Assembly: GCA_030704615.1 (NCBI GenBank)
Contig: CM060733.1
Coordinates: forward strand, 22,630,001 to 22,694,000
Direction of reading: 5' to 3'
Length of the DNA: 64,000 bases
DNA from: Takakia lepidozioides
Lineage: Eukaryota > Plantae > Bryophyta
This document shows, piece by piece, positions 39,807 to 51,300 of the stretch (the stretch's first letter is position 1; each line of letters opens with the position of its first letter). A program made the translations under genes and the position numbers. The notes below the pieces were generated by a model. It saw only the letters and a program-made list of their open reading frames with translations, made no database searches and was not told the origin of the DNA.

Positions 39807-39847
39807 CTAGAGTTCAGTACGCGATCGTCCTTGAGATCGGCCTTATC

Positions 39848-41170
39848 ATAGGGTCGGGCAAGCCAAAGCGAAAGCGGAACGGTCCGAAAGATGATGATCC
39901 TGGTAAGCCCGGTGGAGGCGACGTGTCACCGAAGCGGCAATTTGAGGAGGCGATTCATGCTTATGAAAGCGAGGCCGCTCAAGAACGGGAGGAATCTGGG
40001 GAGTCGGAGCCCGGGGACTTCCCGGAGGCTCCGGCAGACCAACAGATGCCTCCCATGCCAGCAGCCTTTTGGGAAGGGTTGTTGGCGCAGTTTGGTGGGA
40101 CGTTGAAAGATGTGTTGAGGGCGGCTAATACCACTTCTACTAAGGCAAAGTTTAAGGTGAAGCCTAAGAAACCCGGCCTCTTCGAGGGCGTCCGAAATCG
40201 GAAGGCACTCAACACCTGGCTCTTGGAGCTGGAGCAGTACTTTCGAGCGGCCAAATTGAATGACGAGGATCGGGTGGAAGTGGCTTCCACCTATTTGAGG
40301 GGCTATGACAATGGTGGCAAAAACGCCTTCATGACCAAGGTCCAAACCCAGAAACCTTGAGCTGGAGTGGGTTCAATGAACTTATGAAAAGACAGTTTGT
40401 GCCCCTCAACGCGTCCTGGCTCGCCCGGGACAAGATGAGGAATTTGAAGCAAACGGATGACATTCAGGGATATGTTCAGGCCTTCAATGTGTTATTGCTC
40501 GAAGTTGCGGATATGGCTGAACCAGAAATGTCTTCAACTTTGTGGCGAGAGTGGCCCCATGGGCCAGACGGAAGTTGGAGGAGAAGCCACCTAAGACTTT
40601 GAACGAGGCAATTGAAAGGGCTGAATGTTTCTCGGATTTCCCTAGGAGCAAAAAACAAGGCCGTACGGAGCTGAACGACAAGAAGACCCAACGGGAGGGT
40701 GATTCCTTCCGACCGGAAAAAAAGTGGGATAGGCCACGCGGCGACAATGGCACATGGAAATCGAAGGAAGGGCCTTCACAGGTCAAGGCGGCACCCAGTG
40801 CTCCGAAAAGAAAATCAGGTGCGGCTGCTTATGGCGGACACAAGACGACCTTTGATAGAGTGTGCTTTAATTGCGGGGAGCCCGGGCACATGACCAAGAA
40901 GTGCGCAAAACCCCAACAATTGAACATGACTCGGGCGACCACGGAGCTGTCCGAAGATTCCATCAGCCGCTTGGTGGAAGCGGTGGTTGCCAAGACTTGC
41001 AAGGTAGACAACTACTCTTGTGAATTATGTCAGGAGACTGGCCCCTTGCGTAAAGGGAGTCAGTTAATGTTCGTGAGTGGGATAATTTCCGGAACTAACG
41101 TGTCGTTGTTGGTGGACACAGGAGCGTCGCACTCCTTCATGACACCGGCAACGGCACGAAAGTTGGGGCT
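39848..41170 (+). pseudogene. gag plus N-terminal protease of chromovirus copy A (frameshifted)
   Basis: KPKKPGLFEG...WLLELEQYF, zinc knuckle CFNCGEPGHMTKKC, protease LLVDTGASHSF. Confidence 0.9.
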
Positions 41171-42600
41171 CCCCCTACCTTTACTATCACCCCTAAACCA
41201 TTACTCTTACCATAAACCAAAAACTTTAGTGTACTACACTCCAAACCTTATTGTACTACCATGTTATATCTTCTTAATGTTTCATGCTCTTTTAATATTT
41301 TCTTTTGTTGGATAAGGTATCATAGAATGATTACAGGGATATCAAATTCCTCAACTATTTCTTAATTCTACCGAGTGTGAGTCCATCATATTTGTTTGTC
41401 CATTTGTACCCTAAATCCAAACCCTAACCTTACCCTTACTGTAAACCCAAACCTTATTGCACTTCTCTCTAGTTACACCCCAAACCTTATTGTACTACCC
41501 TAGTACCTCTTTCGAATGTTTCATGCTATTTTAATATTTTACTGCCCTTGTCATATCCAAAACATGATTCATTCCAATGGCGTGGTATGAGAACATTGTG
41601 CTTGATATGAAGATTCAATCAATAAAATTAGTAGCAAGTTGTATCGAGTATGGTAGAGTAGGAGTCTGCCCCATGTTCGATGCGACCCATTTTGTTTCTT
41701 GTGATTACATAATGGAATATTACATTATTCGATTTCCAAATGGACGTTCAATGAATTGTTTAGTATTGCTACTTCACAAGCACTTCAATGTCAAATGGAC
41801 CTTTTATATGACACATTCTGAAACAAGTATGACATCACCTATAATTTCACAAAGTTCAATCACAAATTACACCATGATATTATTAATATTTTAATTAATT
41901 TTAATTCAAATATATATTAAGTTTGGTCCGGATTAAAGCCAAAAATCCAGAATTAATTAAAATAGTGTTGAGTACGAAGATCACAGGTGTGAAGAAAGCG
42001 GTCTATCGGCATTTTACGAAGAAGAAGAGGGATCGAGATTTGGAACACTCCAGAAAAAATATGAAAAATCTTACTTTGGAGGAAGTCCGATCCGTGAGCC
42101 GTAAACTTGCTGCAGACTTCACTGCTACCAATATTTCGATTGGAAAAAACCTTGGTTATCCGTACTTCGTTTTGGAGATCCACTTTCAATGAGAGGAGAG
42201 AACATGGACTAGATGTTTCAAAATGACTTCACATGCTGGAAGGGACCTCTCGCAGGGCATACATTACGATAGAGGGTGTAGATGTTTGTGAGACTACGTG
42301 TTGGACAATTTACGGAATTGGGAGGTCCACATACATTGAGTACAAAAAGTTGAGTAAACAGGGTTGATTGTCAAGTCTCCATGGAAACCGAGGAGTGAAG
42401 AGGCCACGCCCTTAGATGCTATAGGTAGAGGGGTAACATTATGTCCATTATCAACGGAAATACTGACCTCATGCCCCATAAGACAAGATGCATCGGGGAG
42501 AGAATGAGGGATACTTTGAGAGTCTTACCACCTGATATGAACTAGAAGCAAATACGAGAAGAGTCCAACGAGGTAAAAAATCTTCCTCCTTCGATTTTTT

Positions 42601-42948
42601 TGTCATGGTTTTTGTTTGTGATTAGTTAGAAATAATTATTCTAGCTAATTATGACATTATACATTTATATTTGTATTTTGTTGGCATTGGGACTTCATTT
42701 GGTTCTATGTGCCAAGTGAGGTGGCGAACCTCACTTGAAACGTGGAGAGGTTATCTCCACGTGAGACGTAGGCAGGCTCGTCTTCTTCTAGTCGAGCCTC
42801 CCGAGGCCTCTCTCGCCGCCAAAGCTCTAGTATTTGAGATGGAGAGTGGGTGAGGTCTGTATGGTGGAGTCCTTTAGCAAAGGTGCCATTGGCTTAACTT
42901 ATATAACGTGATAGAGTGGTTTCTCCTCTTTTCACCATTTCTGTATTA
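42601..42948 (+). repeat. 5' LTR of the sister element (~348 bp)
   Basis: It starts TGTCATGG and ends TATTA (likely a decayed TATCA). It is homologous to 1706-2126 and 54113-54554. Confidence 0.7.
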
Positions 42949-42960
42949 CTAGAAGAAGAC
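42949..42960 (+). promoter_or_regulatory. Putative self-priming PBS (CTAGAAGAAGAC)
   Basis: Exact complement of LTR-internal GTCTTCTTCTAG (42780-42791). Confidence 0.7.
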
Positions 42961-43794
42961 TTGCTTATATCTATCAGTGCAAGGTGTTAGCATAGTTAGC
43001 ACTTGTGTGTGGATAAGAGCTTGGGAGATAGTTCTTGCGTTACAAGGTGTTGCAGGGTTTGCAAAAGGAAAGCCTTGTGTTGTTTATGTTCAAGAGGAGG
43101 TCTTCAAGGAGAGCCCCATTGAAAAATTTGAGAGCTTGTGAAGAAACTCTTGTTCTGCAAGTGTTGCAGGGTTTGAGGAGTTCAAGAAGAGCTCGGGTGT
43201 TAAGAGAGCAAATGGTGCATGTGTGGAGCATGGTTTCAACTTGTGGGAGTCTTCAACTTCAAGCTTAGGAGAGCTATGAGTGGAGGTAGACATCTGATTT
43301 CTCTTTGGGGCAGAATAGTGTATTTGTAGAGCATGCTTTGAGTTGGGGTTTTAATCCCAAGCTTGGGAAGAGCATGTTTATGAAAGTGGCAAGTGCAGGG
43401 CTGGATTAGGAGCTCTAAGAGGTGTAGTATGGCCATGGAAGGAAGCACTATGAGTGCATGCGATGGCTAGAAGAGGGTATGCCATAGAAAGCTCAATAGC
43501 TTGTTCTATGTTTGTTTCAATAAGTTCCATAGAGAAAGAGAGTTTGTTGTATGGGAAATAGCTTGCTCAGGGAGTTAGAAGCACTCTTGGTGGTCTATTC
43601 ATACTCAAGAAACCAGGAACAACACCTCTGGTTGCTCCATAGAAGCCATAGCTCGTTGCAGCAATCGCAAAGGTAAAGCGGCGCAAACCCTAGCTTGGGA
43701 ACGCGAGGGAACGTTGGGAATTCTTGGGAACTCTTGGGAACATGTAGGAACGCGTAGGAACATTGCCCCGGGGTTGGGAGCACCACCATTGTCC

Positions 43795-44180
43795 CATCGG
43801 ATGAACTATTGAGCCAGTGGATGAAAATTGGCACTCCTGGATGAGAATCGGTTGCAGTGAGTGACATCTGCACTAGTGGATGAAATCTCGTCAATGGATG
43901 AACTATCGTGCCATCGGATGAAAAATTGTGGCGATGGATGAAACCGCGTCAGCAGATGAACTATCCTGCCATCGGATGAAAAATCGCAGCAACGGATGAA
44001 ATCGTGGTAGCGGATGAACTATCGTGCCATTGGATGAAAATCACAACGACGGATGAAATCGTGCCAGTGGATGAAATATCGCACCAATGGATGAACTATC
44101 GAGATGGATGAAATATCGGACATACGGATGAGAAATCGCGGTTTTGGATGAAAGTTGGTCAATGACGGATGAAAAACTTG
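43795..44180 (+). repeat. ~20-bp GGATGAA-core minisatellite
   Basis: More than 15 units resembling TCGTGCCATCGGATGAAAAA. Confidence 0.85.
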
Positions 44181-44204
44181 ACTGACTGTGGATATTTTTG
44201 TAGC

Positions 44205-44795
44205 ATTCTGGGGGCTTGTTTGAGGACTATTTGGGGTCTATTGAGGCCAATATCTAGCAGGTATTGGGGCCTGCTTTGAGGACTATTTGGGGTCTATTGA
44301 GGCCCATATCTAACAAGTATTGGGGCCTGCTTTGAGAACTATTTGGGGTCTGTTGAAGCCTATTGCAGGCTTGTGGAGCCTGCTTGGGGCTGTTTGAAGG
44401 ACTATTTGGGGTCCTTTGAGGCCAATGTTTGGCAGGCCTGTGGAGCCTTGTGAGGGCTGGTTGAGGACGATTGGAGGTCCTTGGAGGCCCATATTGGGCA
44501 GGCTTATGGAGCTTTGTAAGAGCTCTTTGGAGGACTGTTGGAGGTCATTGGAGGCCAATACTTAGCAAATTTGAGGAGCTTCTTAAGGGTTGTTTGGAGG
44601 ACTCTTGGAGGTCTTTGGAGGCCAATATTTGGCACATTTGTGGAACTTCTTAAGGGCTGTTTGGAGGATTCTTGGAGGTCCTTAGAGGCTATATTGGGCA
44701 GGCTTGTGGAGCCATTGTGAGGGCTGGTTGGAGACCTTGGAGGCCCACTATTTGGCGGGTGCTTAGGGTCTTTTGGTGGACTGTTTGGAGTCCAA
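44205..44795 (+). repeat. Degenerate ~55-65-bp tandem array (GAGGACTATTTGGGGTC...GAGGCCAATA)
   Basis: About ten successive units are visible. Confidence 0.85.
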
Positions 44796-45671
44796 ATTTG
44801 CGGACTTCTTGAGCCTCGGTGGGTCTATGATTGAGGGCAGATTTCAGAAGTTCATGATAATAATTTGAGAGCTCTTGAGAGTTATTTGAGAGGTTCTTTA
44901 ATAATCATCTTGTTTATTGCTCAAGCAAGAGTGAGTGTGAAGATAGGGGAGTAATGGGATGAGAGCATTCTGGGCTTAGAGATTGCTTTAGCTTCTCTTC
45001 TCTATAGTCTTCCATCATTCTTGTAGGCCAAAGCTTTTCCGGAAGCGGAGGCAGAGCTAGTTTGGATAGAGACTTGACCATCTTGCAGGTTTATTGGAAC
45101 CGCAAAGAGATCGATTGATTTAAGGTGTGGGAGGTGTTGTTGTTTGAGTTTCCTGTATTTGGATCCTCCTCCCACACATGCATAGACTTTGCGCCATGCT
45201 AGTTTGGTTTGGGCGCTTACTTTTATAGGTGGTTGTGCCGAAAATATTGTGGACGGCCAACCTCGAGCGTGCTGTCGGTGATGAGGCTGGGGTGATGACT
45301 AACAAACCATCATTGTTTCTCTTATGGTGAGGCTGGGTTGATGACCAGCAGACCATAGGAGTGCTTGCGGTGGATACAGATGCAGGTTCAGGTTATGAAC
45401 ATAGTATTCCAAACCATAAGCCGCAACAGGTTCTCTACCCGGTTACCTTGTGGAAAGAGGGATTAGAGACAAATTGATAGCTAGTTTGAGTGTGAGTTTT
45501 CATCGCGGAGGTGCCACCAGTTGCTGAGGAGAGTGCCGGTACGAGCACCAGCGATACTAGTGGTTTAGGCCACCTTCACCTTCAGTGTCTTCTGAGGAAG
45601 GTTCGGATTCGGAGTCAGGAAGATTCTTGCCGAGGGTGTAAGCCATTTCCGTGCCATTGTGGTAGGATACA

Positions 45672-48354
45672 ATGGAGGAAATGTATGGAGCTACTAAGGG
45701 GCCACGTTGATACTCTGGAACTGTGGGCACCATCGAGCTCGATGATTTCATACATGAGTTTGATAGTTGGTGTGATTTGCAGCAGATGCGCAATCCACAA
45801 CTACTTACGCCTTTTATGGCGTGGAAGAGGCTGTTTCAGCACCTTGAAAGGCCGCCTATGGATGACTACCATGAGTTTAGGCGGGGAAATGAGGTGGAGA
45901 TTGAGGAGTGGCGACAATATTGGTCACCTGACTATGTCTCCATCACTAGAGGCACAAGGGTAGCGGCGACACCAGCAGCTACACCAACATCCCCAACTGC
46001 AAGCACTAGTAGTGGGACAAATAAAGATGAAGCTGGGAAATCCACTCAAGCTCCTGCTACAGCACCAGCACCCGTGCCTACCTTTAATCCAGTTGTGGAG
46101 TTCTTCGAGGAGTTGAGGAGAAACTACCAAGGAATAAGGACGGAGAAATTGCGGAGATTGCAAGAGTTCCAGCGCAAGCCTACTGAGAGTTTGAGGGAGG
46201 CTTACACGTGCATGAGATGATTGATAAATGTAACCCAAGGGGTTACGGAAGCTCAAGCAGTCCAATTCTGGTATGGGATATTGGACAAGGAGCTGAGGAG
46301 AAGGGTGCGGGATGCAACTCTCCTACAAGTGGCCCAACCCACCTTAGCAAACGTGTTTTTGCTGGCAGAGTGGATAGAGCTCAATATGATGGAGGAGCGA
46401 GTGGTCATGGTGGGGTTTGGTAAGGAGACACAACGGAGTGGGTCTCCTAGCCAACAACAACCACTACCCCAACGTGCTCAAGGCAACAAGGGGGCTCAGG
46501 CAAAGCCCAGGGAAGGACAGATAGGATCTCAATTGCAGAGGTCACTTCCTTCATTCTCAGGCCAACAACAGTCGGGTGTGACATGTTGGGATTGTGGAGG
46601 ACCCCATGTTGAGAGAGATTGCCCGGAGAAAGCCAAAGGGCCGGCACAAGCACAGCCTACACAACTACAGTGTGGGCATTGTGGCAAGTATGAGCATGAG
46701 GAGACCCATTGTTATGACTTGCATCCTGAACTACGGCCAAGCCAGTTCCAAGGGGACAATGGTGGCCGAGGACGAGGCAATGTAGTCCAGAGAGGTAGAG
46801 GAGGCAGAGATCGCAGTAGAGGTCATAACCAAACCCAAGGAGCACAAGGTCAAGATCAAGGTCATGACCAAGGCATGGTGGATAGGCTTGCCCAGCTAGA
46901 GTAACGTCTTGCTACCATGGCCACTACTCATGTTGTGCCAGCTCCAAGGCCTGAGGTTCAAGCCCCACTTGCACAACCTCGTATGCCTAAGGAAGACCAG
47001 ATTGGTATGGGCTTCATGTGTGGAGCCGCACTTGCAAGACCATTGCATGTGGACTCTGCAGCTACTTTCACTCAAGCAGCAACGCGTGCTCCTGAGCCAA
47101 GAGAAGCAGATGTGGATTTTGATCCACAAAAAGAGGAAGCAAGTTGACAGACAAGGCTTTCGCAGTCTTACACATTGGCTGCGACAGTACCAACTACGCC
47201 ATCGATGGCACCCGCTCGCCCAAGTGTGTCAGAGGTAGAGCCATGAGTATCATTGGGAAGAGTTGGTGTAACTCGGGAAATATCAGTGGCTGGTGCTGCA
47301 AAGCAAGGTGCAGCCAATACATTGTTGGGGGCGGCTACGGCAATTTGCCAAGCTCCATTTTTTTCTGCTACGACAATTGCAATGCCGGGGATGCGGCCAG
47401 CTGCAGTGTTTAGACTGGCAGCTACACTCTGTGAGAGTGGTGATGCATCGGCACTATCTGCGGGGATAGCGGATAAGGTGCAATGCATGGATACCCTGGA
47501 TTCAAAGATGAAGACAGCCACAGCTACGCCATGGCAAGCGGCAGCTGCGAGGTTGCAGGAGTTGCCAGCTAGGCCAGCCATTGAGCGCAGTATGGTGACT
47601 CCTGGGATAGTCCTGGTCGAAAATCAGGATGGTGTGTTTTAGTTGGGTGGCCCAGCCGGGAGGAGGTATAGGCCACTGCGGGTCTTGTTGGACTCGGGAG
47701 CACAGCCATTGATGTTGGGAAGAGCAGCAATTACAAGCTTGGGCCTTACAGAGGCGGATTTGGAACCTTGCCTTTTTCAAATTCAAACATCTTTGGGCGG
47801 TTCAGAGAAGGCACAAGGGATTACACTTCAGAGCTCTTCATTCGATTACAGCCGGATCATCCTACGAACGGCTCAGTCATGAGAGCTAAAGCCATTGTTA
47901 CGGACACAATGTCTTATGATGTGCTTGTTGGTGGGGCGGTGTTATACCCCATGGGATTCACTCTAGACTTTTGGGAGGAAACAACATCCTATAGGCCGGA
48001 ATGGCAATCAGGAGATGGCTGACGTGCACCGCTCCCAGTGCGGTTTATTGGGAATGTAGCAGTGGATCATAAGAACATGATGCCCACATTGGCTGCATTT
48101 TAAAGGGTGGTGGCTTGGGGTGGTATGCTCTTGGAGAGCAATATCCATGCAGATGATAGGCCATCACCTGATGAGGACAAACAATTGGCATACAAGGCTG
48201 ATTAGCTTCCTCATGTGCCTGTGCATATTCCACTCAGGGGTAAGGTTGGGAATTTGCATCGAGTAGTAGGCGAGTGTGTGAACCAAGCATGACAAGAGGC
48301 CTTTCCATTGATGAGTGAGGGGAGTTCGGTGACATCACCTGGACCTCCTCAGTT
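45672..48354 (+). pseudogene. gag-protease-linker pseudogene of the sister element
   Basis: ORF fragments 45723-46220, 46221-46904, 46917-47147, 47253-47642 and 47643-48022 run in series, broken by stops. Confidence 0.9.
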
Positions 48355-51300
48355 TGTCGTGGCCCTTTGCCTTGAGGGCGGGGGGTCGGGATACAAGAGG
48401 GGCCGCCCCTATGGTGGGGGCAGTGGCAACAATAGATATGGGGGCTGAAGCACCCTTGAGTGCCCAAGGCACTCAAGGAGGCGGAGGCGCTCACTAGGTG
48501 GAGCCCCGCACACCGGGTTGCGGTGGGGGTGGTTCTACGAGGGATGGTGGTAGCTTAGTGGGACTTAGTGAGGGTGGCATATGACTCACCATGGGGCGGA
48601 GACCTTGTGGTGGGAGTCGTGGGGAGTCTTGGGACTCATCATGGTCCAATGGGGCCGTGGTGGGTGCGCCAAGACTCACCGCGACTCACCACTGGGAATC
48701 GAGGATTTTCGTGGTGGTTCGCCATAAAATGACTGTGTTGTTTGTGAAACCCCGCAGACAGTCATAGAAGTATATATAGGGAGTAGTAACCCCGAGAACG
48801 GTGCAAGCCCGTTGGTGACCAAAAACTAGTGAGTAAACGTGCGAGCCGGAAAGCGACCAAGGTGTGGGGAGCTGTTCCGGACTGCCAACAACCAAAGGGA
48901 ATTTCCACTAGGCCCAAATTGAGAGAGGGTCTTGTGGAGGAATAAAGGGGGACCGTTATGTCTCGGTGAGCAGCCGAAACTTCGAGTTTGGGAGTTAGAC
49001 GCGTACATCAAAGCGAGTAACTATGACTTGAAGGGGAACTTACCGAAGTGAGGTGCGCGACACTTGGTATCAGAGCTTAGAGTTCAGTACCCGATCGTCC
49101 TTGAGATCGGCCTCATCATGGGGTCGGGCAAGCCAAAGCGAAAGCGGAACGGCCCGAAAGATGATGATCCTGGTAAGCCCGGTGGAGGCGACGTGTCACC
49201 AAAGCGGCAATTTGAGGAGGCGATTCATGCTTTTGAAAGCAAGGCCGCTCAAGAACGGGAGGAATCTGGGGAGTCGGAGCCCGAGGACTTCCCGGAGGCT
49301 CCGGCAGACCAACAAATGTCTCCTATGCCAGCAGCATTTTGGGAAGGGTTGTTGGCGCAGTTTGGCGGGACGTTGAAAGACGTGTTGAGGGCGGCTAATG
49401 CCACTTATACTAAGGCAAAGTTTAAGGTGAAGCCTAAGGAACCCGACACCTTCGAAGGCGTCCAAAATCGGAAGACACTCAACATCTGGCTCTTGGAGCT
49501 GGAGCAGTATTTCCGGGCGGCCAAGTTGAGTGACGAGGATCGGGTGGAAGTGGCTCCCACCTATTTGAGGGGCTATGACCAACAATGGAGGCAGAAACGC
49601 CTTGATGACCAAGGTCCAAACCAAGAAACCTTGAGCTAGAGTGGGTTCAAGGAACTTATGAAAAGACAGTTTGTGCCCCTCAACGCGTCCTGGCTCGCCC
49701 GGACAAGATGAGGAATTTGAAGCAAACGGATGATATTCGGGGATATGTTCAGGCTTTCAATGTGCTGTTGCTCGAAGTCGCGGATATGGCTGAACTAGAA
49801 ATGGTCTTCAACTTTGTGGCGGGATGGGCCCCATGGGCCAGACGGAAGTTGGAGGAGAAGCCACCTAAGACTTTGAACGAGGCCATTGAAAGGGCTGAAT
49901 GTTTTTCGGATGTCCCTAGGGGTGAAAAACAAGGTCGTACGGAGCAACACCACAAGAAGACCCGGCGGCAGGGTGGTTCCTTCTGACTAGAAAAGAAGTG
50001 GGATATGCCTCACGGCGACAATGGCACATGGAAATTGAAGGGAGGGCTTTCACACGTCAAGGCGGCACCGGGTGCTCCGAAAGGAAAATCAAGTACGGCG
50101 GCTTACGGCGGACAGAATGCGACCTTCGATGGAGTGTGTTTAATTGCGGGGAGCTCGGATACATGGCCAAGAAGTGCGCGAAACCCCGACAATTGAACAT
50201 GACTCGGGCGACCACGGAGCTGCCCGAAGATTCCATCAGCCGCTTGGTGGAAGCGGTGGTCGCCAAGACTTGCAAGGTAGGCAACTACTCTTGTGAGTTG
50301 TATGAGGAGACTTCGATGTTCCTCTTCAGCTGGGGAGTTGGGAGGAACGTAAGAACTTCACCATTTGCGAGATCGATGGAGTGGATCTCATTTTGGGGAT
50401 GACATTTTTAAGCAAATCCGGAGCGGTCATAGATGGCCGCAAGAAAGTAGTCACGCTACTGGTGGCGAAGTTTTACGAGTGTCGGAAACGCCCAACCCAG
50501 TGGGAGGGCGAATAAACCTGCTGTCAGCAAAGAAGTGGGCCGTGGAGGAGCCACATCCCCAGTTTTTCACTACAGGAAAAAGTAGGGGTTTGCGACGCCG
50601 CGGCGTCGTAAAACAACCCTTTTCGGGCAGGGGGAAAAACCCAAATTTGCGACGTCCGGGCGTCGCAAGCCCGTCACTAATTTGCGACAATTGGGGGTCG
50701 CAAATAGACAAAACCGCAATTTGCGACACCGACGCGATTTGCGAGCCAAAAAAAAAAAAAAAAAAAACCTACTCTGCAATGCAGAATTAACACCGTCTGG
50801 GGGTCGCAACATGCGACGCCCGGACGTCACAATTTAAAGGGGTAAATTTGAATTTAGGCGGGAAAATTTGAATTTGAAATTTGAATCTCAAAAACTTGTT
50901 GACCATTGACTCCGGTTCTGTCTAATGGCGATATGTTCATTGTGCTACATATCTGATGCAATGCATACTTGAACCTAAGACCTCCACGCTATAACATTTC
51001 TAAGACACTACAAACTAACCAACACACCTACGCTACATCTATGTATCACAAAAATAATCTAAAAATATATATATATATACATATATAAAGATTTCCTTCA
51101 AGAGCCTTCAAGTTCATTCTAAGGGGGTTTCTCTTGTGACGCCGGGGAGTTGCAACCTCCACAGCCTTAATGCCCAGCCCCAGCCCCAGCCCCAGCATCG
51201 TCACCGTTGTTGCACCCCCCCCCACCGCTTGGTGCCTTAAGCAACGTCCTTGTGATGACCTAAGTTGACCACAACACCATTGCGACCTCCTGTGGCGACG

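Larger units (their letters stand above)
42601..48354 (+). mobile_element. Decayed sister copy of the DNMT-gypsy family: 5' LTR, long leader, gag-PR-linker; interrupted by chromovirus copy B
   Basis: The peptides are colinear with 59250-61966 (GTIELDDFI.EFDSWCDLQQMRNPQL, two zinc knuckles, RVLLDSGAQP, ...PGPPQ). The leader at 45120-45390 matches the reverse complement of 62240-62490. Confidence 0.9.
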
